Counted from the stretch's first letter, positions 46,477 to 55,346 are shown. The stretch is 64,000 bases of DNA from Candidatus Falkowbacteria bacterium RIFOXYA2_FULL_47_19 (GCA_001780275.1 MFGB01000005.1:84306-148305); one strand, 5' to 3'. A program made the numbers and translations. The notes: generated by a model from the letters alone, not told the origin.

Positions 46477-47337
46477 TTACTCGGCTGATTTTTTAGGACG
46501 GCCTCTTTTTCTTTTGGGGGCAGAATCCTCATCATCGGTTTCTTCCTTTTCTGTCGCTTCTTCGGATATCTCTTCTTCGGAATTTTCGATTTCTTCCTCT
46601 TTCTCTTCTTCCGTTTCGGCTTCTTCCTTAATACCCTCCTCTTTTTCCCCTTCTTTGGATATCAAAGCGTTGAATTGTTCCAATAATATTTTGACGGAAT
46701 TATTGAATGCTTCCGCGGGAGTGATAGTGCAGTCGGTGGTAATATCAAGGATCAGCCTTTCCCAATTCGTCATTTTGCCGACGCGGACATTTTCGATCTT
46801 AACGCCCACGGCGGTAACCGGCGTATAAACTGAATCCATTTCGATATAGCCGATCTCTTTTTCCTTATTTTCCCTGGTTTCGATCATCTCGTAACCCATG
46901 CCGTGCGCCACGAAAATTTCCGCGTAAAGGCTGCCTGACATATCGGTTATATGGCCCAAAACCAGATCCGGATTGACTATTTCAACCTGGCTATTCGCCT
47001 TAATATCCGAAGCTTTAATGTCCTTTTTGCCGTGCACGTCGAGTTCGAGTCTGACAGGTTCTTCGCTGAATATCTTAAGCCGTAATTTTTTTAAATTCAG
47101 GATAAATTCCAGGATATCCTCTTTAAGATGCGGTATAGCGGCAAACTCGTGGTCGGCTCCTTTTATCTTTATTCCGACCGGCGCCGCACCCTCTAAAGAC
47201 GAAAGCAGAACGCGCCGGATGGAATTCCCCAAAGTAATCCCGTAACCCGGATAAAAAGGTTCGACGATGATCTTTCCACGGCCGGCTTCCTGCCCCTCTT
47301 CGTATTTAACGGAGCTGGGTATGGCTATTTTTTGCAT
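46477..47337 (-). CDS. rpoA: RNA polymerase alpha subunit, NTD only plus acidic/AT-hook tail
   Basis: The alpha NTD is clear (GYGITLGNSIRRVLLSSLEGAAP ...). After ~aa 228 the protein continues as an E/K-rich tail ending in PKRKRGRPKKSAE. No alpha-CTD-like sequence is present. Confidence 0.9.
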   Translation of the reverse strand: MQKIAIPSSVKYEEGQEAGRGKIIVEPFYPGYGITLGNSIRRVLLSSLEGAAPVGIKIKGADHEFAAIPHLKEDILEFILNLKKLRLKIFSEEPVRLELDVHGKKDIKASDIKANSQVEIVNPDLVLGHITDMSGSLYAEIFVAHGMGYEMIETRENKEKEIGYIEMDSVYTPVTAVGVKIENVRVGKMTNWERLILDITTDCTITPAEAFNNSVKILLEQFNALISKEGEKEEGIKEEAETEEEKEEEIENSEEEISEEATEKEETDDEDSAPKRKRGRPKKSAE

Positions 47338-47426
47338 ATTGTTTTAAAAAGGCTCGATAGGGCTTTTAGGGCTATCAGGGCGACCCCCCTTTATTGACGC
47401 CTGTAAAGCCTATAGCTCCCTGTTGA
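47338..47426. repeat. Word-periodic imperfect palindrome upstream of rpoA
   Basis: GATAGGGCTTTTAGGGCTATCAGGGCG ... CGCCTGTAAAGCCTATAGCTCCCTG. The arms are built from AGGGCT-type words. Confidence 0.5.
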
Positions 47427-48056
47427 TTATCTTGAATAATATTCAACGATCATTTGAATGTTGAAATTCGGCCTGATCATGTCCATTTTCGGCGCCTCTA
47501 TGATCTTGGCTTCCAGTGTATCCTTCTTAAGGCTTAACCAGCCGGGCGCGTTAAAATTCTTAAGCTTTTCCGATAACGCGCTGAATACCTTCGCTTCCCT
47601 TTTGTTGCTTTTTATCTTAATAACCTCGCCGGCCCGGACTATATAGGAAGGAATATTGACCATCCGGTCGTTAACGGCAAAAAGGCCGTGGCCGACGAAC
47701 TGCCGGGCCTGATTCCGGGAAGAAGCCAGACCAAGACGATAGATGACGTTATCAAGCCTCATTTCCAGAAGTTTCAGGAAGTTCTCGCCGAGATTGCCCT
47801 GTTGGCGGCGGGCTCTTTCGAAAAATATCGTAAATTGCTTTTCCGTTAAATTATATTGCCGTTTGGCCTTTTGCTTTTCCGCCAGCTGCAGACCGTAATC
47901 GGTCATTCTTTTCTTGCCTTTGGATCCGTGAAAACCGGGAGGAAAATTCCGTTTCACGATTGCGCATTTCGGCGTATTACAACGCTCGCCCTTCAAAAGT
48001 AGTTTTTCCCCGGCGCGGCGGCACTGTTTGCATTTTGGATTTAGATCTTTAGCCAT
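47427..48056 (-). CDS. rpsD: 30S ribosomal protein S4
   Basis: N-terminal zinc-ribbon-like CKQCRR..C..PKC and an S4 domain. Confidence 0.93.
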   Translation of the reverse strand: MAKDLNPKCKQCRRAGEKLLLKGERCNTPKCAIVKRNFPPGFHGSKGKKRMTDYGLQLAEKQKAKRQYNLTEKQFTIFFERARRQQGNLGENFLKLLEMRLDNVIYRLGLASSRNQARQFVGHGLFAVNDRMVNIPSYIVRAGEVIKIKSNKREAKVFSALSEKLKNFNAPGWLSLKKDTLEAKIIEAPKMDMIRPNFNIQMIVEYYSR

Positions 48057-48092
48057 ATACTAGTTTGTTTTAAATTATTCGATCAAGTTAGG

Positions 48093-48722
48093 TTATACTC
48101 TCCGCGGTTTTTTAGGGCGGCAACCGTTATGCGGTATCGGGGTAACATCTTTTATGTTAGTAATTATAAGCCCGTTGCTATTTAGAGCCCGGATAGCCGA
48201 TTCGCGGCCGGTGCCCACTCCCTTGACGACGACCGCCACTTCCGACATGCCGTATTCCTCTTTAGCTTTGCCCACCGCGATGCGGGTAATTATGGAAGCG
48301 GCGTATGGCGTCGATTTTTTAGGGCCTTTAAAACCGGCTATGCCCGCCGAAGCCCAGGAAATGACGTTCCCGGCAGGATCCGTTATCGTAACTATCGTGT
48401 TATTGTATGTCGCTTTGATAAAAGCCTTGCCGACCGATATTTTTTTAGCTTCCCGCTTCTTCTTTTTTCTTGCCTTTTTCCCCTTTTTGGATTTTTGCTC
48501 GTTTTCGATCTTTTTCTTCTCGAGCTTTTTCCTGATCTCTTCCGGCAGTTCTTCAAGTCCCAGCTCGTCTTTCTTGACGCGTAAAAGATCATCGGCCTCT
48601 TCTTTTAGGCTTTTTTCTTTTTTTTCTTCCGCCGGCTTCTTAGCGGCAGCTTTAACATCGGACGAAGTTTTTTCCGTCTTTTTTTCTTCCTCCCTCTTTT
48701 CTTCTTTTTTATCTTCACTCAT
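48093..48722 (-). CDS. rpsK: 30S ribosomal protein S11 with ~85-aa K/E-rich N-terminal extension
   Basis: The S11 core starts near [18 protein letters not shown]. The upstream in-frame region has no internal ATG, so the listed start is the only ATG. An alternative non-ATG internal start cannot be excluded. Confidence 0.8.
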   Translation of the reverse strand: MSEDKKEEKREEEKKTEKTSSDVKAAAKKPAEEKKEKSLKEEADDLLRVKKDELGLEELPEEIRKKLEKKKIENEQKSKKGKKARKKKKREAKKISVGKAFIKATYNNTIVTITDPAGNVISWASAGIAGFKGPKKSTPYAASIITRIAVGKAKEEYGMSEVAVVVKGVGTGRESAIRALNSNGLIITNIKDVTPIPHNGCRPKKPRRV

Positions 48723-48787
48723 ATTTAATCTTATTTAGAGATATCAGCCCAAAGGCTAACGGTTATAAGCTAAAAACTAAAAGCTCA
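48723..48787. repeat. GCTTTTAG-family word repeat upstream of rpsK
   Basis: TTATAAGCTAAAAACTAAAAGCTCAC uses 7-nt period words. It shares TTAGCTTATA (reverse complement) with the greA-upstream element. Confidence 0.45.
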
Positions 48788-49180
48788 CTAGGTTTTTTGC
48801 GCCGCCATCTTCTTGCCGGAAACGGCCGTCTGACGCTTATTTCCCCGGACCGTGCGGCTGTTCGTTTTCGTACGCTGTCCACGTACCGGCAGATTCCGGG
48901 CGTGCCGTAGACCCCGGTAAGATCCGATCTCTTTAAGCCTCTTTATATTGCCCATGATCTCACGTTTAAGGTCTCCTTCGACGCGGTACTCTTTTTCTAT
49001 TATTACCCTTAACTTATTGACTTCGTCCTCGCTTAATTCCTTTACCCTTTTATTGTTATCGATCCCGGATGACTTAAGGATTAAATTCGATTGAGTGCGG
49101 CCAATGCCAAAAATATAAGTCAAAGCGATCTCGACTCTTTTTTCATTTGGAATTGTGACCCCGGCGATTCTTACAGCCAT
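48788..49180 (-). CDS. rpsM: 30S ribosomal protein S13
   Basis: Start moved to [15 protein letters not shown], the canonical S13 N-terminus. The track's 20-aa extension covers an intergenic repeat. Confidence 0.92.
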   Translation of the reverse strand: MAVRIAGVTIPNEKRVEIALTYIFGIGRTQSNLILKSSGIDNNKRVKELSEDEVNKLRVIIEKEYRVEGDLKREIMGNIKRLKEIGSYRGLRHARNLPVRGQRTKTNSRTVRGNKRQTAVSGKKMAAQKT

Positions 49181-49261
49181 ATATTCGACAGTTGACCTTT
49201 GACAATTGACTGTTAACTTCACAAAGTCGTCAATTGTCAATTGTTAATTGTTAATTGTTAT
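49181..49261. repeat. TTGAC/GTCAA word array with 12-bp perfect inverted repeat and 7-nt tandem repeats
   Basis: TTGACAATTGAC (49199-49210) pairs with GTCAATTGTCAA (49229-49240). Then AATTGTC AATTGTT AATTGTT AATTGTT follows (49232-49259). It lies between rpmJ and rpsM. Confidence 0.8.
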
Positions 49262-49375
49262 CTAACCTTGCCTCTGTTTGTGCTTCGGATTTTTGCAAAT
49301 TACAACCACCCGGCCTTTGCGCCGTATGGTTTTACAATCTTTGCATATTTTTTTTACCGAAGCCCTGACTTTCAT
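49262..49375 (-). CDS. rpmJ: 50S ribosomal protein L36
   Basis: Below the ORF-track cutoff. My translation: [37 protein letters not shown]. Confidence 0.93.
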   Translation of the reverse strand: MKVRASVKKICKDCKTIRRKGRVVVICKNPKHKQRQG

Positions 49376-49422
49376 AATATTTGAAAAATATTTATTAAAA
49401 ATTATTAAAAGATATTTGACCG

Positions 49423-49680
49423 TTAAAGCCTGTAGGTGATCCTGCCCTTGGTCAGATCGTAAGGACTGATCTGGACCCTTACCCTGTCTCCGGGAAGGAG
49501 CCTGATGCGGTTCATTCTCATTTTACCGGACAAATGGGCCAGGATCTCGTGCCCGTTTTCCAGCATTACCCGGAAGGTGGCCGCCGGCATCAATTCAGTG
49601 ACTTCGCCGACGATTTCCAGGAATTCCTTTGAATCAATAACCTCTTTTTGGTTAAATTTTTTATCTTTGTTCGCTACCAT
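49423..49680 (-). CDS. infA: Translation initiation factor IF-1
   Basis: S1-like fold sequence [43 protein letters not shown]. Confidence 0.93.
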   Translation of the reverse strand: MVANKDKKFNQKEVIDSKEFLEIVGEVTELMPAATFRVMLENGHEILAHLSGKMRMNRIRLLPGDRVRVQISPYDLTKGRITYRL

Positions 49681-49798
49681 TAAAAATTTACGCTTATTAC
49701 TATAAAGTATTAAAAATTAGCAAAATTTAAAAAATTTTACCGGTTATTTTGGTAAATATTTTAATCTTTGCTTTAATTTTATAGGGTTACTGAAATTA

Positions 49799-49827
49799 AT
49801 TATATAGTGCGGCGCGAAAAATGTCAA
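49799..49827 (-). promoter_or_regulatory. Perfect consensus promoter of the infA-rpmJ-rpsM... operon
   Basis: On the minus strand: TTGACA (49827-49822), 17 nt, TATAAT (49804-49799). Confidence 0.65.
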
Positions 49828-49918
49828 GAGGAATATATAAATAATAAAGCAAATGTTCGGCAAAATAATTTATGCTGACATTAAATAAAATATTATATTT
49901 TTAAAATTACATGATTTT

Positions 49919-51802
49919 TTATTGGTTTTCTAACACAGCCTTAATCCTTCTGGTGCCGGAGCCCGAGGACTCTTCCTTCTTTATCTTGAACTTTCCCAAA
50001 GAGCTGGTGTTGTCCACATGGGGCCCGCCGCAAATTTCTTTGGAAAAAATATTATTCCCCTCGCCCACCGTATAAACCTTCACTTTTTCGCCGTATTTTG
50101 ACTCGAATACTCCTTCCGCGCCGTAAACGCGGGCTTCATCCAGGGTCATTTCCTCATATTTTACGGGAAAACCGCCGGCGATCGCCTCGTTTACGAGGCG
50201 TTCTACCGCTTGCTTTTGCTCGTCGGTCATTTTTTCCGGATGGGAAAAATCAAAACGCAAACGTTCGGCCGTTATATTCGAGCCTTTTTGATGCACGTGA
50301 TCTCCCAGAACGCGCCGCAAGGCAGAGAGCATAAGGTGGGCGGCGGTGTGCAACTTCGTTACCTCCTCGCTATGGTCCGCCAATCCGCCCTTGAATTTTC
50401 CGGCGGCGGCCGTGCGGGACATATCCTGGTGCTTCTGCATTTGCCGATTATATTCGCCCATCACTGAATCTTTGTCGTATTTTATATTATTCCTGTCTAA
50501 TTCTTCGAAGAACATTTCCAGGGGAAATCCGTAAGTCTGGAAAAGATTAAAGGCGTCTTGCCCGGTAACTTTGCCGGAGTCCATTTTTTCGAACTCCTTT
50601 AATCCCTTGTTCAATGTTTTGGCGAACTTCGTTTCCTCTTCATCAAGGTTATTTATGATGAATTTTTCGTTCCGTGCTAATTCCGGATAGATCTCCCGAT
50701 ACTTCTCTATTACGATCCCAGCCGCCTCTTTCGTCCAATGATCTTTATTTATGCCGATCTGCTTCCCGTATCGGACGGCTCTCCGTATAAGCCGGCGCAC
50801 CAAATAACCCTGGTCAGTGTTCGAAGGCGCTACGCCCTTGTCGTCTCCCATTATAAAGCAGGCGGCTTTCAGGTGGTCGGCGATCACTTCGAACGAGCTC
50901 ATGTTGTCTCGGTATTTTTTACCGCCCGAAAGCAGGGTTATCTTTTCTAAAATGCCGGAATAAAGATCGGTCTCGAAAATATTGTCCTGGCCCTGTGATA
51001 CCATGGTTATTCTCTCCAGGCCGCCCCCGAAATCAACGTTTTTCTGCGGCAAGGGCTCGAAACCCTTTTCTGTTCTCACGAATTCGATGAATACGCTGTT
51101 TCCGATCTCGATAAAACGGCCGCAGTCGCAATTCACGTGGCAGGGTTCGTCTTTCCATTTTGATTTCTCGTGACGGTTAAGTTCGGCTCCTAGATCGTAA
51201 AATACCTCCGAATCCGGTCCGCCGATCTCCCCGACGGGCATGTTGGCCGGCGCCCCTGACCGCGACCACCAGTTCTTTTTGTCGCCGTAATAGAATATCC
51301 GGCCGTCACCCATTCCCTTTTTATCGGCATCTTCGATATCGCGGGCCTCGATTCCCGTCTTTTTAAAAATTTCTTTCCATATTTCGACAGAGACCGTATC
51401 CCGCTCGACGCCGATCTCCGCGTTGCCGGAATAAACCGAAACGTAAAGCCTTTTCGGATCAAGACCGACTTCTTTCGTTAGAAATTCGAAGAACCAGGGC
51501 AGTTGTTCTTTTTTAAAATAATCGCCCAAGGACCAGTTTCCGAGCATCTCGAAAAAAGTGGAGTGGCGGTTATCCCCTACCTCCTCTATATCCTCCGCCC
51601 GGAAAGATTTCTGGGAATCGGCCAGGCGCGTTCCTTCCGGATGCTTTTCGCCCATCAGGTATGGCACGAGGGGCTGCATGCCCGAACTCGTAAAAAGCGT
51701 GGAGGGATCGTTTTCCGGCAATAAGGAGGCCGACGGGATAACGGCGTGTCCCTGTTTTTTAAAAAAATCAAGATATTTTTGTCGAATTTCCCTGGAAGTC
51801 AT
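49919..51802 (-). CDS. alaS: Alanyl-tRNA synthetase, short form
   Basis: MTSREIRQKYLDFFKKQGH start, a class II core, and editing-domain motifs HTAAHLM and CGGPHV. At 627 aa it lacks the C-Ala domain. Confidence 0.92.
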   Translation of the reverse strand: MTSREIRQKYLDFFKKQGHAVIPSASLLPENDPSTLFTSSGMQPLVPYLMGEKHPEGTRLADSQKSFRAEDIEEVGDNRHSTFFEMLGNWSLGDYFKKEQLPWFFEFLTKEVGLDPKRLYVSVYSGNAEIGVERDTVSVEIWKEIFKKTGIEARDIEDADKKGMGDGRIFYYGDKKNWWSRSGAPANMPVGEIGGPDSEVFYDLGAELNRHEKSKWKDEPCHVNCDCGRFIEIGNSVFIEFVRTEKGFEPLPQKNVDFGGGLERITMVSQGQDNIFETDLYSGILEKITLLSGGKKYRDNMSSFEVIADHLKAACFIMGDDKGVAPSNTDQGYLVRRLIRRAVRYGKQIGINKDHWTKEAAGIVIEKYREIYPELARNEKFIINNLDEEETKFAKTLNKGLKEFEKMDSGKVTGQDAFNLFQTYGFPLEMFFEELDRNNIKYDKDSVMGEYNRQMQKHQDMSRTAAAGKFKGGLADHSEEVTKLHTAAHLMLSALRRVLGDHVHQKGSNITAERLRFDFSHPEKMTDEQKQAVERLVNEAIAGGFPVKYEEMTLDEARVYGAEGVFESKYGEKVKVYTVGEGNNIFSKEICGGPHVDNTSSLGKFKIKKEESSGSGTRRIKAVLENQ

Positions 51803-51872
51803 ATTTCATTACCCCTCCCGCCTCATATGATTCGGCACCCTCCCCTAATTAGGGGAGGGACGGGGAGGGGTG
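51803..51872 (-). promoter_or_regulatory. Structured alaS leader
   Basis: Perfect 22-nt palindrome CCCTCCCCTAATTAGGGGAGGG (51838-51859). The + strand carries GGGGAGGGACGGGGAGGGG (51852-51870). The mRNA-sense C-tract can also pair with the SD region GGGAGGGG. Confidence 0.55.
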
Positions 51873-51890
51873 TTAAGAGTAATATAAAAA

Positions 51891-51919
51891 AGTATACAGA
51901 AAAACACGCGAAAAAGCAA
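51891..51919 (-). promoter_or_regulatory. Candidate alaS promoter
   Basis: On the minus strand: TTGCTT (51919-51914), 17 nt, TATACT (51896-51891). Confidence 0.5.
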
Positions 51920-51976
51920 GAATGCGCTGACGATGCGGAATAATAAAACGGACAAAGATCATGTCCGTTGATTTAT

Positions 51977-52240
51977 TTATTTCCCCCAATCCTTGAAAAT
52001 ATCCCCGAAAGGATTTTTGCCGCCGAAAGGATTCCGGCTTTCTCTGGCTTCTTTGCGGAACATTTCCGCGCTTTTTTTCAAAAGATCCCATTTACCCTGG
52101 CAATCGGCGCAGATAAGCTTGGCGCCTTTCGCGATTTTGCTTCCCACTCTGATCCGGCCGGCGATCTTTCCGCAGATAAAGCATTTGTGATCGACCAATA
52201 CGCCGTCCTCGGTAACCCTCGTCTTCGCGTTTTCCGTCAT
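51977..52240 (-). CDS. Small zinc-ribbon protein
   Basis: 87 aa with CFIC ... CADC and the C-terminal NPFGGKNPFGDIF repeat. Confidence 0.55.
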   Translation of the reverse strand: MTENAKTRVTEDGVLVDHKCFICGKIAGRIRVGSKIAKGAKLICADCQGKWDLLKKSAEMFRKEARESRNPFGGKNPFGDIFKDWGK

Positions 52241-52265
52241 ACTTTAATCCTTTCCGATCGGGTTT

Positions 52266-52697
52266 TTACCATTCCTCCAGGCCTTCTTGATACTTTCGGG
52301 CGTCCTCAAAAGCAAACCGGTGCATATTGACCGCTCTTTGCGTCAAAGGCGGGCAATTCAGGGGCGGGCCAAGCGCCACCACGGCTCCGGGAACGATAAG
52401 GTACATGGACCCGTCGATTACGACGGAAAAATCGTCAACGATAAGCTTTAGCAATTCGTCCGGGCCGGTAGCGGCCAAAAAGGCGCGCCAGCCGTTCGCG
52501 TCCTGTTCGGGAAGCGGAACCGGATCGAAACCGGAAAAAAGGTCGAGCAGATATTCGTAAGCCAGGCCTTCCTCGGCGTGAACCGCGCAAATGGTGCCGC
52601 GGTCTTCGATGACGAGATCGTATCGTCCCCTTTCGATCGCTGCGGCGATCTCCGATTCGAAAATATTCTTTTCTTTCAGCACCAGGGCGGTCGGCAT
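52266..52697 (-). CDS. Hypothetical protein
   Basis: 143-aa ORF with a GGAGAGAG RBS-like sequence. I recognise no family. Confidence 0.55.
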   Translation of the reverse strand: MPTALVLKEKNIFESEIAAAIERGRYDLVIEDRGTICAVHAEEGLAYEYLLDLFSGFDPVPLPEQDANGWRAFLAATGPDELLKLIVDDFSVVIDGSMYLIVPGAVVALGPPLNCPPLTQRAVNMHRFAFEDARKYQEGLEEW

Positions 52698-52754
52698 GTT
52701 CTCTCTCCTTTTTTTCGATAAAAAATATTAAAAAAATTTAACTATATCCCAGAT

Positions 52755-54221
52755 TTAAACCGACATTTTTCCCAGATCAAGGTATTGGTCGATCTTTATC
52801 TCTTTAAAGAATTCCGGCATGTGGCTCACGAGGATCAAAGCGCCTTCGTATTGATCGAGAGCGCGGGCGATCACCGGCAGATGCCGGAAATTTATGTGAT
52901 TGGTCGGTTCGTCCATGACGAGCAGGCCGGGCTTCATAAGTACCAGCCGCGCGAAAGACAGGAGACCTTTCTGCCCCTCGGAAAGGTCGGCGACGGAGCG
53001 CCCCATAAGGTCGCCGGTAATAAGGAAGCCGGCGGCAACGGCTCGCATTTCCTGGGAATCGGTCCCTTCGGCCAATACCGCCTCCAGGCAATCGAAAACC
53101 GTCTGGCCGTAATCAAGCGTGGCGAAATCCTGGCTGTAATAACCCGTCTTGACGCCGTCTTTTATGCGCACGCCCGGATTTTGCCCGTTTACCAGTTCGC
53201 GGAGCAGGGTCGATTTGCCGATGCCGTTGGGGCCGGAGATCAGCAGCCGCCCCCGTTTCCGAATAGTAATATCGGTTTCCACCGTAACCGGTTCATGGTC
53301 CTTTATGATCTTGACCGATCTTATGTTGACGATGCCGCCGCCAGTCTCTTCGATCTCCTGCGCCGGAAAAACGAAATCCCGGATCGTCTTGTCCTCCCGC
53401 CGGATATCGACCATGCTGTCTTCGAGTTCTTCGGTCTCGTCGCGCATCTTCTTGGCGAGCTTGCGCATCTTTCCCCCCTTGTAGGCGAAAAAGTTGGCTT
53501 TTTCTTTTCGGTCCTTGATCTGCTTTTCGAGCTGGGCGTTCTTTTTCTGCTCCCGTTCGATCCGGTTCTGGATCTCTTCCACGACGGAAAAATAATCGCC
53601 GACGTAGGTTTCTATCTTTTTCGTGAAAATATCAAGATAAAGCACGCCGTCGGTAAAGCAGTTCAGGAAGTCGGCGTCGTGGGAAATAACGATCACGGTT
53701 TTTTCATACATGATAAGGAAGGTGATCAGGCTGTCGATGCCGTCTTTATCAAGATTGTTCGTGGGTTCGTCAAGAAGGAGGATATCCGGATTCTGTATGA
53801 GCGCGTAAGCCAGGAGGAGCCGGGCTTGCTGGCCGCCGGACAGATCACCTACCAGGCGGTCGGTCGGCACGGTCAGGTTAACCGCCTCCATGGCCTTGCT
53901 TATCCGGCTTTTCAGGTTGGCGGGAACTTCGTAAAAAGCTTTGGCGAAGTATTCTTCGAGGTTAAGGCCGAAATCCCGGCGATTGACCGTCTGTTCCGCC
54001 ATGCCGACGGAAGCCTTGTTGGTAACATGGATCTGCCCGCTCTTGGGTTTAGCCGTTCCCGCGATAAGATTGAAAAGCGTCGATTTGCCGGCGCCGTTCT
54101 GGCCCATAAGGGTTATCTTGGCGCCCTTGCGCACGCTGAAAGAAGCCTCGTCCAATAAGGGCTTTTTATGCTGGTATTCGAATGTCACTTCGTCGAAGCG
54201 AAGGATAACTTCCTCGGCCAT
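52755..54221 (-). CDS. ABC-F family ATPase (two ABC domains, no TMD)
   Basis: Walker A GQNGAGKST and GPNGIGKST, signatures LSGGQQ and LSEGQK, and a charged inter-domain linker. Confidence 0.92.
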   Translation of the reverse strand: MAEEVILRFDEVTFEYQHKKPLLDEASFSVRKGAKITLMGQNGAGKSTLFNLIAGTAKPKSGQIHVTNKASVGMAEQTVNRRDFGLNLEEYFAKAFYEVPANLKSRISKAMEAVNLTVPTDRLVGDLSGGQQARLLLAYALIQNPDILLLDEPTNNLDKDGIDSLITFLIMYEKTVIVISHDADFLNCFTDGVLYLDIFTKKIETYVGDYFSVVEEIQNRIEREQKKNAQLEKQIKDRKEKANFFAYKGGKMRKLAKKMRDETEELEDSMVDIRREDKTIRDFVFPAQEIEETGGGIVNIRSVKIIKDHEPVTVETDITIRKRGRLLISGPNGIGKSTLLRELVNGQNPGVRIKDGVKTGYYSQDFATLDYGQTVFDCLEAVLAEGTDSQEMRAVAAGFLITGDLMGRSVADLSEGQKGLLSFARLVLMKPGLLVMDEPTNHINFRHLPVIARALDQYEGALILVSHMPEFFKEIKIDQYLDLGKMSV

Positions 54222-54275
54222 AATTTAAAAAACAACTCTCAAACGAGTTGCGGCTGAAAATCACTGAATAAAAAA

Positions 54276-54512
54276 TTAAGCTTTTGATTCGATGCGTTCC
54301 TTGATTTTTATGATTTCCGACTGCAACCGGTCATGAGCAGCCTGGTTCGATGTTAATTCTTCGTCAAAATCCTGATGTTTTCTGGCGATACCATCGACGG
54401 CCGTCAGCACTTTATCGATTTTTTGGCTCAATCTTTCTTCTGATTCCCTGATAGCTTCTTTAAGGTCATCTTTTGTAACTATTTTATTAAATTGTTCTAT
54501 CGTCATCGTCAT
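54276..54512 (-). CDS. Small coiled-coil protein
   Basis: 78 aa. Its promoter -35 is supplied by repeat copy C (TTGACA 54588-54583, 17 nt, TATGAT). Terminator CAACTC/GAGTTG+T6 lies at ~54234-54258. Confidence 0.55.
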   Translation of the reverse strand: MTMTIEQFNKIVTKDDLKEAIRESEERLSQKIDKVLTAVDGIARKHQDFDEELTSNQAAHDRLQSEIIKIKERIESKA

Positions 54513-54582
54513 AATAATTGTCCTGATATAGCCTATAATAAACGATTAAATCTGTTTTTATCATATACTACAACACGAAATC

Positions 54583-54650
54583 TGTCAAACCGTTAAATTT
54601 AAAAGCAGTATTGTTTTGTTCACTCGGATTTTGGGGTAAGTTGGAAATTG
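54583..54650. repeat. Module copy C (decayed)
   Basis: TGTCAAACCGTT ... GCAGTATTGTTTTGTTCACTCGGATTTTGGGGTAAGTTGGAAATT. It aligns to the right arm and flank of copy A (about 17/23 and 22/29 identities by hand). Confidence 0.6.
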
Positions 54651-54775
54651 CTTATGAAAAAAAACCACCTATTTGCTAAGGTGGTCGCTATATTAAGCCA
54701 ATACCCCTGGTCGTCTTCTTCAAACACGAATCATTGCTCTTCCATCAGGGCCTTCTCGTTAGAATTTGCTTTCAT

Positions 54776-55129
54776 TTACTGTTTTTTAAACCAGCAACCG
54801 CTAATAAGGGCGTTGATTCCCCTGTTGTCTTTGATGGGTTCGCCGTTTTTGGCGATGCTTAGGCGTTGATGATGGCCCGAAACCTCTATTTCCGTCATCC
54901 GCTTATCGCTATGCCGGCAATAACCGAAGGGGGCGCCGCAAGAGCACATATTTAGCGGCACCGGCAGTACCGACAAAACGACAAAGGGGCCTTCGCCGAA
55001 TTTTTCAAAAGGACCTTCGCCGAAATATAGGCGTAATTTTTCATTCAGCTCTGAATTTAGCTTATTTTTTTTCCAGACAACCGCGTCATTGACCGAAAAA
55101 TTTTCCGGGCGTTCTTCCTGCGCGTCCAT
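54776..55129 (-). CDS. Hypothetical Cys-containing protein
   Basis: 117 aa with an internal FGEGPF duplication and its own promoter. Confidence 0.5.
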   Translation of the reverse strand: MDAQEERPENFSVNDAVVWKKNKLNSELNEKLRLYFGEGPFEKFGEGPFVVLSVLPVPLNMCSCGAPFGYCRHSDKRMTEIEVSGHHQRLSIAKNGEPIKDNRGINALISGCWFKKQ

Positions 55130-55189
55130 GGATTTACCTCCAATAATTATTTATTTGTTAAGAACCTGACATAGAATGATATTTAAATT

Positions 55190-55218
55190 ACTATAAACTA
55201 TTTATTAAAAAATGTCAA
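55190..55218 (-). promoter_or_regulatory. Promoter of the 54776-55129 gene
   Basis: On the minus strand: TTGACA (55218-55213), 17 nt, TATAGT (55195-55190). Confidence 0.55.
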
Positions 55219-55346
55219 GTCTGGTTTGCCCTAATTTTCCGGATTTTTGCATTAAAAATTTTTAAAAATACTGGACAAAAAAACCGGGCTTTAATATAAT
55301 CAAAGCACCTGTTTTTAATAAAAAGTTCATTGCAAAGGAGAGGGTC

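Noticed and set aside
48154-48738. A 194-aa + strand ORF opposite rpsK.
   Set aside because: It is antisense to the S11 core, which is unambiguous. Its openness reflects the Lys/Glu codon repeats of the S11 extension.
52785-54158. A 457-aa + strand ORF.
   Set aside because: It is fully antisense to the ABC-F ATPase, which has two complete sets of ABC motifs. It is a long shadow ORF, typical of GC-richer coding DNA.
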